From NCBI RefSeq assembly GCF_026571515.1, contig NW_026856696.1, positions 62,001-126,000 of the forward strand: a DNA stretch of 64,000 nt, in the 5' to 3' direction. The notes under the pieces were generated by a model, which made no database searches, was not told the origin of the DNA, and was given only the letters and a program-made list of their open reading frames with translations. Of the stretch, positions 24,392 to 38,600 are shown piece by piece (within the stretch, counting starts at the first letter, position 1; every line of letters starts with the position of its first letter). A program made the position numbers and the translations under genes. This DNA is from Ruditapes philippinarum (taxonomy: Eukaryota).

Positions 24392-25944
24392 TATGTATTC
24401 ACCATACCTAGGTACTTGAAATGATATATACACCATACTTGGATGCAGCTGCTTAAAGTGATGTGTAGAAACTCATGTGTCTGAAAATTAATGATTATGT
24501 GAAATTTCTTTCAAATATTTTTCTTTTGTGTTGCAACTTTTACAACTTATGTTAACTGTCAGTTGTACAGAAACAGCAAATGTTGCTAAAAGTCCAGCTG
24601 AAATACTTGCAAATTTGTAAGGCTACTTCCAGCCTAGAAGAATTATTTGAAGCCAAATTTTGTACCACTTAACTCAAATGATACTACTGTCTCGAGCTGT
24701 ATGCTGGTTTTGACATTATATTAGATAGATTTCGAATCCTGACAGTCTCCAGTTTGGATTCTTTAATGAAAGGAAACAAGGAAATTTGATAGTTTTACTA
24801 AGGTCCTGGCTTGTGCCTGAAATAATGCACAAAGTTGCACCTTCATCCAACTCACCATATGACTTAAAAATATCAATGTTACTTAAAACACAACCCAAAC
24901 AATATATTTTTAATAAGTATATTTTCTGTTAATATATTTTTTATATTTTTTTTTCTTAAATAGGTTTTAATGAAATTATTTAAAGGCCTGTTGCTATACA
25001 TGTTAACCTTATAAATTTTTAATCCATTTTGAGATACATGTATATTTCTTATTAATAATCTATTCATTCTTAATTACATCAAGGTTCAGTGATAAGCTTT
25101 TGCAACAATTATAGAGCCAGGCCAGCCTGCATATCTGTAGTCTGACCAATTTTTAGATGCCAGTTTGAAAGAGCATATCTCCTACACACATGAAGGAATT
25201 TTAATGAAACTTCATAGAAATGTTCACCACTATGAGAAGCTGTGTCATCTGCATGAACCAGTTCTCTAGGTTAAAGGTTAATGTCACACTTAGAGTTCAT
25301 TGAAAAATGCTTCTTGAGAGCCGAACTTCTACATTCATTGGGGGATTTTAATGTAACTTGGCACAAATGTTCACCATTGTAAGGCTTATTGCGCACATAA
25401 TTCAGGTCTCTGCTACCAAAGTCAAGGTCACATAGATAGGTCAAAGTTTGTGTATGGGGACCATTTAGTCATCATTTTTTAATGGATTGTAACACAAATG
25501 ATAACTATCATGACTACAAGTGTGACTCATGTAATTTAGGTTAATATTTGCAAGGTCAAGGTCACTAGCCATGATAAAATATCCAGATATTTTCCAGATA
25601 TTGCTCAGCATATCTCCTATATGCATATCTATAATGCCCACATCTCTGCCAAAAGCTTTTGTGACAAGGTGTATTTTGCGATAATTTTGCCCCTGTTTTT
25701 ATATTTAAATCCCTCATACTTTGAATGGACTGCTCCAAATTGAAAGCAGGGTAAATTCTGCAGGTTAATGGTTAAGTTATGAAATAATAAAGTCAGCAGT
25801 CCAAGATGAAATATAGTGACTACCTGTGCATGCACAATATCCGTCTGCTTTAATTCACCTATGCACAGCCTCTTAGCAAACTTGATAAAGTCCTCATACA
25901 ATTTGTTTAATTGTCCAAACTTATTGTTAATTCTGAAAGTTTTT

Positions 25945-27477
25945 AGCTCACCTGTCACAAAGTGACAGGGTGAGCTTTTGTGATCGCTTTTCGTCCGGCG
26001 TCCGTCCGTAAACTTTTACTTTAAATGACATCTCCTCATAAACCACTAACCAAATTTCATCCAAACTTCACAGGAATATTTCTTTGGTGGTCACCTTTGA
26101 AAATTGTTCAAAGAATTTAATTCTATGCAGAACTCTGGTTGCCATGGCAACCAAAAGAAAAAACTTTAAATATCTTCTTCTAAAAAACCCAAAGAGCTAG
26201 AGCTTAGATATTTGGCATGAAACATCTTCTAGTGAGTGTCTACCAAGTTTGTTCAAATAAAAGCCCTGGGGTCAAAATTGGCCCCACCCCAGGGGGTCAT
26301 TGATTTTCCCTATAGGCATATAGTAAAAACTTAAAAAATATTCTTTTAAAGAACCCAAAGAGCTAGAGCTAAGATATTTAGCATGAAACATCCTCTAAAT
26401 GGTGTCTACCAAGTTTGTTCAAATAAAAGCCCTGGGGTCAAAATTGGTCCCGCCCCAGGGGGTCATTGATTTTCCCTATATGCATATAGTAAAAACTTAA
26501 AAAATCTTCTTTTAAAAAACCCAAAGAGCTAGAGCTAAGATATTTAGCATGAAACATCTTCTAGTGAGTGTCTACCAAGTTTGTTCAAATAAAAGCCCTG
26601 GGGTCAAAATTGGCCCCGTCCCAGGGGGTCATTGATTTTCCCTTTATGCATATAGTAAAAACTTAAAAAATATTCTTTTAAAGAACCCAAAGAGCTAGAG
26701 CTAAGGTATTTAGCATGAAACATGTTCTAATGGATGTCTACCAAGTTTGTTCAAATAAGAGCCCTGGGGTCAAAATTGGCCCGCCCCGGGGGTCATTGAA
26801 TTTCCTTATATGTGTATAACAAAAACTTAAAAAATCTTCTTTGAAAAAAACCAAATAGCTAGAGTTTAGATACTAAGCATGAAACATCTTCTAGTGAGTG
26901 TCTACCAAGTTTGTTGTAATAAAAGCCCTGGGGTCAAAATTGGCCCCGCCCCGGGGATCATTCATTTTCCTTATATGTGTATATTAAAAACTTAAAAAAA
27001 TCTTCTTTGAAAAAACTCAAATAGCTAGAGTTTAGATATTAAACACGAAGCATCTTCTAGTGAGTGTCTACAAAGTTTGTTCAAATAATAGCACTGGGGT
27101 CAAAATTGGCCCCGCCCCAGGGGACATTGATTTTTCTTATATGTGTATAGCAAAAACTTATAAAATCTTCTTTGAAAAAACCCGAATAGCTAGAGTTTAG
27201 ATATTAAGCATGAAACATTTTCTAGTAATTGTCTACAAAGATTGTTCAAATAAAAGCCCTTGGGTCAAAACTGGCCCTGCCCCAGGTGTGTCATTGTTTT
27301 TAACTATATGTGTAAAGAAAAAACTTGACCAGCTGGACCTTAGATGTTTAGCATGAAACATCTTCTAATGGGTGTCTACCACGTTTGTTCAAATAAAAGC
27401 CCTGGGGTTTAAAATGGCCCCGCTCCGGGGGCCTATATACAGGTGAGCGACTTCAGGGCCATCATGGCCCTCTTGTT
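25945..27477 (+). mobile_element. Helentron-associated non-autonomous element (HINE-like) carrying ~8 copies of a ~166-bp satellite
   Basis: T-run insertion site; subTIRs agctcacctg (25945) / caggtgagc (27440); 5' hairpin cctgtcac-aaa-gtgacagg; gtcc microsatellite; tandem units at ~166-bp spacing; 3' hairpin agggccat-c-atggccct then cttgtt. Confidence 0.85.
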
Positions 27478-28162
27478 TGTATTTTTAATTTGAAATATTT
27501 TTATTAAAGCAAAATAAGACTTTTCCATCCATCCATGTTGTAGGTGTGGGGTAATAATATTAGAAATAGAACACATCTCTTCAAGTTGTCAACTGTCGTC
27601 TTGTTTTATTGCCACTGTCTTGTTTTATTATGTTCAATGAATGGTCTTAAATCAAAGTCATCAATATGTTAACTGTGTGTGGGCTTAATTCTTATGTAAT
27701 TTTGTTGTGATTAATGCTTCCGAGGGATCACTTTGTTTCCAGATTTTAAAGGTCTGTCCCTAAAATGCTAGGAAGACATATGATATGTATACTTTAATTT
27801 TCTGTGTGTACAGTACACTGGTTATGATAAGTGTTGAAGATGGTTGACTTATCCACATACGTATGTCTCTAAATAACCAAAGATTTGACTCATTTTTGTA
27901 AAGCATGATGAAACCTTGATTTAAAAAACCCCCCAGATTTTTCATTTCCTTTTTTATATAAAATTGATTGTTTTAGTAATACATTCTACATGTATGTTTT
28001 ATAAATATTTACTTTCTAGTCATTTACATGTACCATTCATTCATTTTATGTCCTATTTTTCTAATAAGGTACATATAACATGTATAATCAAAATGAAATG
28101 AAATTACAAATAAAATTTTCAAGGAGCAAAACTGTCGTTCTTGTTTGTTAAGTTTAATATTG

Positions 28163-29130
28163 TTAGCTCACCTTATCACAAAGTGTCTGATGGCTGCGTG
28201 TTTGTGGACCTTGTTGTCGGACATCCTTAATTGTTTTCAAATGACATCTCTGTATGTATAGAGCAATCTGTATAATATGAAAATTGCTTTCTGAAGCCCG
28301 CTGGTATATCTTGATCTAGAAACCTAAAATATAGTTTTGAATGCCAAGGATTGAGATACATGTATTTGTGTAGAATTGTCCAGTAGATATCTACATGTAG
28401 TTCCTTCTTATCATTATCCTCGGTAAAATTAGGCTCTTGGATAACTTTCACATAGGTTCGTAAATGGAAAGCTTTAAGAATAATCTTGTTAGAAACATTT
28501 AGGCCAAGTGATCCACTATCATATTTTTACAAAGTAAGACACGGGTTGTGAGCGTTCATTTGGCTTGCTTCAACCGATAAATTTTTCATATAGGCCTTTA
28601 TAATTATATAGTAGTACTGATTGAAATTTAAAACGAATATGCACTTTTTCTGGATCCAGGATCCATTGGGTCAATGCCAACAACGATTAATATAAAACGA
28701 AAGTTTCCACTGTTCTTCATAAAGGCTTCTTCTGTTTGACCAACGTCATATATATTTGTCGAGGACGCTTGCGGAGATCTCAACATAGTTGTCGAAACGG
28801 CGGTGCGGTGTATGTCCTTCCGTCCGTATTAAGCTTGTCCGGGTCATAAGTTTGTAATTAGTAGGCATAATTTCAAATAACTTAGCACAATTGTTCCAAA
28901 TAATGAGACGGTGTGTCGTGCGCAAGAACTATGTGGCTAGGTCAAGGTCATGCTTTAGAATTAAATGTTAAAAAAATGGTATCAAACAGCTTGTCCGCAC
29001 CATAACTCTATCATTACCAGGTGGAATTTCAAATGAACTTGCATCATGAGACGGCATGTTCGCGCCCTAGGTCAAAGCTCAAGGTTACATGTGTGTATTA
29101 AGATATCACTTTGGTCAAGGCCAGGTCACA
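28163..29130 (+). mobile_element. Decayed HINE-like element fragments (probably two)
   Basis: ttagctcaccttatcacaaagtg start matches 25945; later gtccgt microsatellite and aggtcaaggtca-type units. Boundaries approximate. Confidence 0.45.
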
Positions 29131-32057
29131 GCAAGAGGCTGAACGATTTCAAAAAAACGTTTTGTCAAAGAATTGTGATGGCTTTTTTCATGAATCAAAA
29201 CTATCTGAAATTTTTTATCTTAGTATGACGTCTTATCTAACGTAGTAATCAACACATCTGTCCTTGACGTCAAAAAAATTATTGCATCAAAGCTTAAACC
29301 ATCGTTGACTTAATTGCCTTTTTTGTGTAAAATGGAAATAGAATTACTATTTAACTTACTTTATAGTTGTCATTTGTGGTACAAGGGGATATCTGTTAAT
29401 ATGAGACGATATTTGTAGGAAAGAAGTGGCATTGCTGAAACCGTTAAATTATTTATATATGTATATGTATTGGTCTACCTTAAAACAATCTCAAACTAAA
29501 CACATATAGGCCTGGATAAAGGGGTCATTTTTAAAGGTCAGTCCTCACATTGATAACAGAGATAAATGTTGTGGTCATCTAAGACGTTGGGAATTTTAAC
29601 GAGTTATCTATGAACATTAATGATAATACGTTACTATATATAATATATAAGAAGAAATACACGTGTATGCAAGAATAGGACGATTGCAACATTGGAATTT
29701 GTCTGTCAATAAATACCAGTTTTGTTGAATGCATTATGGAAGGAAGTAAGGAAATGACAGAAAAGGTATGGGGTTAAGGTTAATCCGGATATATTTATAA
29801 TTATAACTGACATATAGTATTTGTTTGTACATTACGTGTCTTATATATATGTACATGTAATATACCGTCACATAAACAGCCGAATTCTCAACATAACGTC
29901 ATAGAAAACATCAAACGGGAAAAATTATCAATGTGAAACATTATTACACGGAGTATTGTTACATTTATATGAACTTCGAGTTTAACATTTTACAGTAAAT
30001 TTACTATCTACAGTGATCTCGAGCATGTAACGGGGAAACGGTGGCCTAACTGGTTAAGGGGCCTACCTTCTCAATACCAGGAATGCTTGGTTGCAATCAT
30101 ATGGTCACACACACCAGTACTGATTAAGATTTGTTTTATCTGCATTATGACAAAAATTGACCGCGTGTAGATATGCAGAGTTAAAGGATAACCCTTATTG
30201 CTTTTCGCGAAGACTTTTAATTAGATTGTCTCCCGTGCACGTGAACATTTATTTAGAACGTGGGTCATACGTGTGCCGTATATACAATTTTCATAGAAAT
30301 TGATGGATCATATTTAAATAGCATTATCTTTCTTTAAACATAATCACAAAAAGAAAATATAAAGAGTTAATTTTGTAAGGTACTAGTATATAATATGTGA
30401 ACTATACGGACAGATGCTTTTATGCAAATCAAACCGATTGGAAGAAGTAGGCTATAGGCAAACCTCTGGTCAGAGGCCATTAAAAGTAGAAGTAATCTTT
30501 ATTTTGCTGTTGCTGTATTTTTTTCTTATCCGCGAAAGGTTGTCAGAGAACAACTTAAAATTAAGAATGATCTTTTCTTGGCAGTGTTCTTTACCTCAGG
30601 TTTTTCTATGCATCTAATATGATCTCGATTTGAAGACAGGGGAGGCAACACCGAAAACATAAGGTTGGTTTGATTTGGGTTTATTGAGATCTATGTCTTA
30701 TGTATACAGATAATTAAATCTGGGGTAAATGTCCTGGCGATACCCTTTGACATAGATATAGAAGTGCTATTTTAAATAAATTTTACTTTGCTCATGAAAA
30801 CGTTGACACAAAGCGTTTTCTCATGTGATTATAGTGTTTGAAGATTATTTGGAGCGTCTTCTTTAAATTTTTAGCGGTTAAAACCAGCCTTTGTTAATAT
30901 CTGAAAGCGTTATTGTATGCATAACTTAAACATTACGTATACTAGCTTCTTACCTAAAATGACAATCGTTTCACTTTTTTATATGCTCCGATTTGAAGTG
31001 TGGCTTGTTATAATTAATTGAATGATTTGCATCAAACAAAATATATATTATACTACATTGTGCATTGCTAATAGCAAAATAATCAATTATAATACACAAT
31101 TACAATTGCTAAACATTTTCTGAAGTATTGCAATCAAAATAGGAACAAATACATATGTGTAACTTATTAAAGATGAAAATGGTATTCATTCTGGAAGTGA
31201 GCTGTTCATCATTATTAGATGTACATTGTGCGAAAAGCGTTGTCAAAGAGCATTCAACACCGACAGAGCATGACGTATTGTAGCGTCTGTTATACAATGG
31301 CTGACCAGACGACAGTTACGTCATAGTGTACATTACAATAGGTTATAGACCCTTTCTCTCAGCTGTCATTTCACATTGACCATTTGTATGTCAAATGTTC
31401 ACCTGAACACCTTTAAACCACTTTCATATACATCTAAAATCAAACACGAGGTTTAATTATATGCAAATTATATTTATTTATGTGCTTTAAACATGAGGAT
31501 GTTATTTACAGTGTAGAATTTAGATTATAATATATAAATATTTACATGTTGAGAAAAACTTGACCACCGTTATAAACACTCATTATTACAAGTTCTTGAT
31601 TCAAGTCAAGTAACTCGGAGTTTACACGCAGAACAAAAAAGTAATCGATCGTCGTTCAGATATCCTGAAGTAAGTCAACTTTAACAAAATATATATAACA
31701 TTTTATATGTTTTGCATCTGATAAAATAATGTTCTTAGATCGAACATCGATTACATACAAAATTTTGACTCCTAAATAGTAGACGTCGAACGTTATTTAG
31801 ATCTACATCATGTACTGTAAACTTTGTTAACTTTAATTGTCTAAACGTAAAAAAACAACAGCACTAAAATATCTTACATTTATTGCTTGTAAGCACTCAG
31901 ATTCATTTCATATTTATTTGAACATAGATTATATGTTAGTGATGACATTGATGATATGTAAATCGAACATTTATTGCATGTTAACATTAATTTACAGTGT
32001 AAGTTTTGTATGTTACAGGCACCATTTCTCGAGGGTTTTCCTGGTCCTGAAGTTAAG

Positions 32058-32607
32058 ATGAAAGAAAAGGAACCAAATTTAGAGGAAAATGAAGCAGACG
32101 AGAAATATGGGTGTTTGACCTTCAAGCCGGGGTAAGTCGTGATAAATATGACGAGAAATATAAATTATTTGATCCCAATAAATCTAAAAAAAATTAACAA
32201 CTATGTTGTATGGACATTGAAAGAACAAACTTATTTCAGCAGAAATAGTCGGACAAAAATTTTGCACATATTTCGTAAATGGCCGAAAACTGAAAAATAA
32301 ATTAAGGAATTAATGAGGTGTACTTTAAATATAATTGTATAAATTGTAGCGAATTTGAACACAGACACTTTGCGTGTAGAGCTCCAAAGGCCTTAAAATT
32401 CAAATTAATTGTTTATTTGTCAATTATCTATCATTTTGTCGTATATAATTATAATAATTATTATTTAGACGTTGAAATATGATTTTTTTTTCAAATAAGC
32501 GGATATTAAGTTTTATTGATATATATGATAAGAGTATATAATAGGATTGACAAATATACAATTTATTTGGATTTTAGGGGCTTTAAACTCCACATCCCAT
32601 GTGTGTG

Positions 32608-32690
<83 letters not shown>

Positions 32691-35600
32691 TTGAAAAGAC
32701 TTGCCACTTCTCTTTACTTATCTACAAGCTAATATAAACAGTTACTCTGCTTCGAAAATGTATAATGCCTAATTCTACGTATGCATGTATGAAAACTGTT
32801 TTTATTAAACTAGCATTTTGTTTTATTTTCTGATCTTTTTTAGCTGCCTTCAGCGCATGAACAACATCAGATGTCACGTGTTATGGCAATGTGTCTTCTG
32901 CTTCTTTGAAGGTTTTATTGTTAATGGTGTTATAAATGTGGTACTCGTTGCCCTCGAGAAACGTTACTCACTACCAAGCTCAAAATCAGGCCTTATAGGT
33001 TAGTGTCATTTTTTACAGAAAAATCAGGCCTTTTATGTTAGTTTCATTTTTACAGCAAAATCAGGCCTTACAAGTTAGTTTCATTTATACAGCAAAATCA
33101 GGCCTTATAAGTTAGTTTCATTTAAACTGCAAAATCAGGCCTTATAAGTTAGTTTCATTTAAACTGCAAAATCAGGCCTTATAAGTTAGTTTCATTTATA
33201 CAGCAAAATCAGGCTTTATTTGTTAGTTTCATTTATACAGCAAAATCAGGCTTTATTTGTTAGTTTCATTTATACTGCAAAATCAGGCCTTATATGTTAG
33301 TTTCATTTCTACAGCAAAATCAGGGCTTATATGTTAGTTTCATTTATACAGCAAAATCAGGCCTTATAAGTTAGTTTCATTTATACAGCAAAATCAGGTT
33401 AGTTTCATTTATACAGCAAAATCAGGCCAGTCACATCATTCAGAACATAGAACATTAGAATATTTGACTAATTTTGATTATGCTGTGATTATAGCAAAAG
33501 CGGGTTTAAAAAATACAATATCTTTATAAGAACTTAGAAGGTTATATCAAGGATGTATAATTATTAAAAACATAAATTGTAATATTTTTTTGTTGAAATA
33601 TTGTTGATCTCTGCTTAACATTAAAATTTTGTGAAAGTCTTAACAAAATGTTTTCCAATGTTGATTTGGTTAGTAGAACGTTTTTTTTTAAATATTCCAG
33701 CCAGCGCCAATGACTTTGGGTCAATTATATGCAGTGTTCTGGTCGGATATTTCGGGGAACAGCGGCACAAACCAAAACTCATGGGTACAGGGGTTCTCAT
33801 AATGGCGGCCGGCTGTTTTGTTTTCTCTTTGCCACATTTGATAGGCGAAAATTATCGTTACACTTTGTCTGCAGGTAAATATGTTACACATAATAACTTA
33901 CTGCTGCTTCATTCTTAAAATTTCATTTTAAGATTTTTATTAATCAAGAAGTACCATGAACTTACTTCACAAGAATTTGCTTAAATTTGAACGTGTTGGA
34001 AGCTATAAGCTTATCAAACCATTCCCAGAACCAACCAGTTCCGAGTTAAGTTTTTTTTGCTCATGGAAACAACGGCTTGCCTTTGACAGGGTTTGCACTC
34101 ACGCGGTCAGCAATCATTAGATAACTAGTCTGACGCGTTGACCACTTGGCCATGCCGCCACAAATTGCACTTCTTGAGTGTAAAATACTAGTATTTGGAT
34201 TGCAAGGACTACTGTATGTTATTTATAGATCTACTTCATAGCTGTATACTTAAGGAGTTTTTATTTAGTTATTTATTTCATGTACACATATTTCTGCTTC
34301 GAACAGGTGCAGACAATGTCACGCAAAACATGTGCGCTGTAAGTGGTAATGAAACAGGTAACTGCGGTAGCACGGAGTCGGATTACGTACCGGAAAGTTA
34401 TACCGCGTCGTACGCTTTACTAATGCTTGGTAATGTTTTACTGGGTATAGGGGCGTCACCAATGTTCACTATTGGACTTTCATATATTGATGAAAACTGC
34501 AAGGCGAAACTTACAGCTTTCTATATCAGTAAGTTTATATACGAACTTCGTATGATAACAATTCCACAAAAAGAGAACATCCTCTTTAAAAAAACGACAC
34601 GTTATAAATTATACACCGTATTGATATTTTTTCTCACTAAGTTAGAAAAGAATTTCAAATCTCATTATCTTTATTTCAAATCAGGTTATCTTTATACATA
34701 TCGCTAAATGATTTGAAATTTTTGTATTGCTCAGTATAGAAAATGATTCAGGCTTTTCTTAATAATAAATTTTATAAATGCCAGGGATCGTCCAAAATCT
34801 AATTTTATTTATTTATCTTTTTTATTTTAAAATAAAAATGGTATACCGTTAAACTACATGTATATGCAAGCATTAAAATGAGTTATGGTTACTTTTTAAA
34901 AATTGTCTAAATATCTTTAATATTCAGGTTGGACATTTTGCGCTGCTGCAGTTGGAGTTGCTATTGGATATGTCGTTGGTGGTCAAACATTAAGCATTTT
35001 CGTTGATATTAATAACGTTGATCCTGCAAGGTAAATTGATTATACTTGATATATTGCACCTTGTATTTGTACCTTTATCTTGCCGGAACCGAAAGAGAAA
35101 AGAAACTACCACAAGTATAGAACAGAACAGAACTTTTATTTTCTAGACTTACAAATGAGTCGTGTCACGACAAAACTAACATAATGCGTTTGCGACCAGC
35201 ATGGATCCAGACCAGCCTGCGCATCCGCGCAGTCTGATCAGGATCCATGGCATGCTGTTCGCTATCAGTTTGTCTACTTGTTATAGGGTTTGTAAGCGAA
35301 CAGGATGGATCCTGATCAGACTGCGCGGATGCGCAGGCTGGTCTGGATCCATGCTGGTCGCAAACCCATTAAGTTGGTTTTGTCATGACGCGGCTCAAAT
35401 GTACATTGTCTTGCTAACATGCAACGAATGCATATATAATCTCATTAATATATGTATGGTTAGTGTCTATAATGAAGATAAAGTGTACAATTAAAAGGCA
35501 AAAACTTCCTAAAAGGATAAACCACAATTGAGAGTTCAAAATTGAATTCCTGAGTTTCAAAGCTTCTTTGATATACCAATGTAACATCTATTAATACATT

Positions 35601-38600
35601 TCTATTACTTATATACAAAGTAACTCAATAATTTTAAACATAGATGGTCTGTTATAATACCAAATAAATATTACAGCACTGACAATATCTCTGTTCACAA
35701 GGAATGTTATTAGTGACATACCTTCCTGTTTGTATTGAGGGAGGATGAACAGATAATCTTAATCGGCAAAAATACATTCTAAATGTACGTGGTAAAATGT
35801 TAAGATAATATTTGAAACAAACACACGACTTAAACTGTTACATAAAACAAACAAAATAAACAGACAGGCCACACAAACACGAACATTCAGTAATAATAAT
35901 TATTATTATTATTTTAATTACATAAAACAGAACTTCGAAATAGAATACTACGTATCGGAAGAATATATGAGTATCAGTATCTTTGGGTAGAAGTCCTCCA
36001 CGCTTTCGGAAAAACATTACTATTTACCTTGAGACCCCAAGTTTTACAATATGAATATAAAAGACCTAAATTATTTTGAAGTTCTATTGGTGACTTGCCC
36101 AGAACAGGTCGGCTTTAAAAATTACGAGATTAGCAGCTCTTTTCTTATTAATATGTTAAAGAGATTTATATGTTAATGGTACATAATGTTAACATTCAAG
36201 AAAAAATAAGACTTGAGATTTGTTTTATTTCTGTATTAGATGAGAAATACCTTGTTGTGTATGTTTAATGAATTTATGATTCTAAACGTTATAGTAAGTA
36301 TAGTCACCAGAATTGCAAACATCTAGAATTTCAATCTATTATTTCAGTGTTCCGTTGACCCCTGCAGATCCCCAGTGGGTCGGTGCATGGTGGATATCTC
36401 CTCTTATAGCTCTAATAGGCTTCTTTGTTGTAATCCTACCTCTATACGGATACCCACGAAGACTTCCGAGTAAGTTGTTAAAATTGTTTTAACTCGTTAA
36501 GCTACAATAAACCACGTGCACGTGGTCGTGAATTGTCAATAATGATACAAATATCGTTAAATATTCACATGTTTGATATTTAATATCCCTTAAATACCGT
36601 AAGCATTGGTAACTTATCATTTTAACGGTTACTAGTATTGTAAAATATAATTATTGTAACAAGAGAATGATATTATGGTAAACCGTACTTTAAAAAATTT
36701 TAAAAGATAAATAGTGACTGCATTAGGAAATACGAAATAAGGTCAAGTACTGTTTCGTTCAAATATCAATTAAAGCCATTCATTAATAACCAAGTTATGG
36801 CAAAATTTAGCAAAATTCAACAAATTGACTTTGCAGTTCAAGATTAAACTTGAGTTGCTCAACATGGCCATTTCATTTCTAAATCTTTGTTCAAGTATGA
36901 AACAAATCCGTCCATAAAAAATAATGCCAAATTTTGCAAAATTTAATGGTTTGATATTAAATGTGAAGGTCATTGAAATGTCAAGGTTAAACTCATTTTG
37001 ACCTACACGAAAGTATTGTTTTAAGGATTTTTTATGTTTTAGTATGAATACAATTCGACCATTTATTAGTTATAACCAAATATAGTCAATTGCAGCAAAG
37101 TAAACAATAAGCGTTGAAAATCAAGGTTATTTATGGGTTGAGGTCAAATTCCTAATTGCGATAAATGCAAGTAGACAACTTACAATTATCCCTTTCAAGT
37201 TTCATTAAAGTTGGTTTAGCGGGTTTTAAGAGAAGAAGTGCAAACAGACGACGGTCAGACGGCAAAAACTGACGGACAGCCTCAAACTCGTATAAACAGG
37301 GGTATGATAAAAATTGGATAACTGCATTTACATTATGAAATAATTACAGGTTATAAAGAAGTACAGAAACAACGTGCCGTGGAAGCACATGCGGGTGGGG
37401 ATGAAATCACGGCCCAGGCGAACTTTGGAAAGAGTTGGAGAGACTTTCCTAAATCTGTCTGGTTGCTTGTAAGAATTTACAATTTTACTTGTTGACACGA
37501 ACAATACTTTAATTAAGCAAATTGACTTAATATGCAGCAAAGCTAGTTACATACGAAGCAAGGAAAAGAGAATCAGGTTCGTGTAGAATAGTCAACGAAC
37601 TCTACCGTGGAAGATAATTGTTCTTTATATTTTTATTCACAACATCCTATCTTATATATATGCTTAGTTGTGTTACTTTTTAAACGAAAAGCTAATGTCT
37701 TAAAAGTGTACAATTATCTTAAAGTGTAAGAAACATAATATAAATCAAATTTGATTATTTCCCTTGTTCTTCCGTTTCTAAGGAAAACTCGTAATGTACA
37801 AAGGTCTATAAAATAAATTGTGATTTCCGTTTTTAAAAAATATTAGCCAATTTATTTTTACGAATAAAGTACATTTTATGCAGATTACAAATCCCACGTA
37901 TGTTTTAATATGTTGCGGGGCAGCAGTCGAGGCGTTGATAATTGGTGGAATGGCAACATTTGGCGCCAAACTTATACAAGAAAAGTTTAATGTCGACATT
38001 ACATGGGCAGGCACAGTTATGGGTTAGTTTTATAAGTTTTTAACTTACTGTAAAGAAGTAAATATATCGTTTATTTGTTTAACTGGCATAAAACAGACGG
38101 CAGCATAATTTAGATATAATTCTTATACCTGATTTTTTGGCAAGTCATAATGTAACCCAATGCTTAACTATGCTTGATAATATGAGACAATGAAATCAAT
38201 TATATATCAAGTGCCCACCTATGTTGTTATTAACATGTTTTATCATATTAATTAACATATGGTGTCAAGAGAATGATTTTACTTGTTGTTGAAGGAAATC
38301 ATAGAAATTCATCATACTTTGCGAAAAACTAGAATCTACTATGATGATCAAATTTATGACACGCATCTGCTTAACAAATAGACATCACATTACATTTCGT
38401 TCTCTAGCATCAATGCGTCTTTGTTGCTAAACTGCATATGGAGTAATGCACAAATGGAGTAATGCATATATGGAGTAATGCAAATATGGAGTAAATGCAT
38501 ATATGGAGTAATATATGGAGAAATGCTATTTATGAAGAAATGCATAATTATATGGAGTAAAGCACATATGGAATAATGCACATGTTTTAATTTCCAAGTT

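Noticed and set aside
35201-35494. ORFs of type MDPDQPAHPRSLIRIH (also 992, 24187, 40903, 45087, 45233)
   Set aside because: Chance translations of the palindromic MITE.
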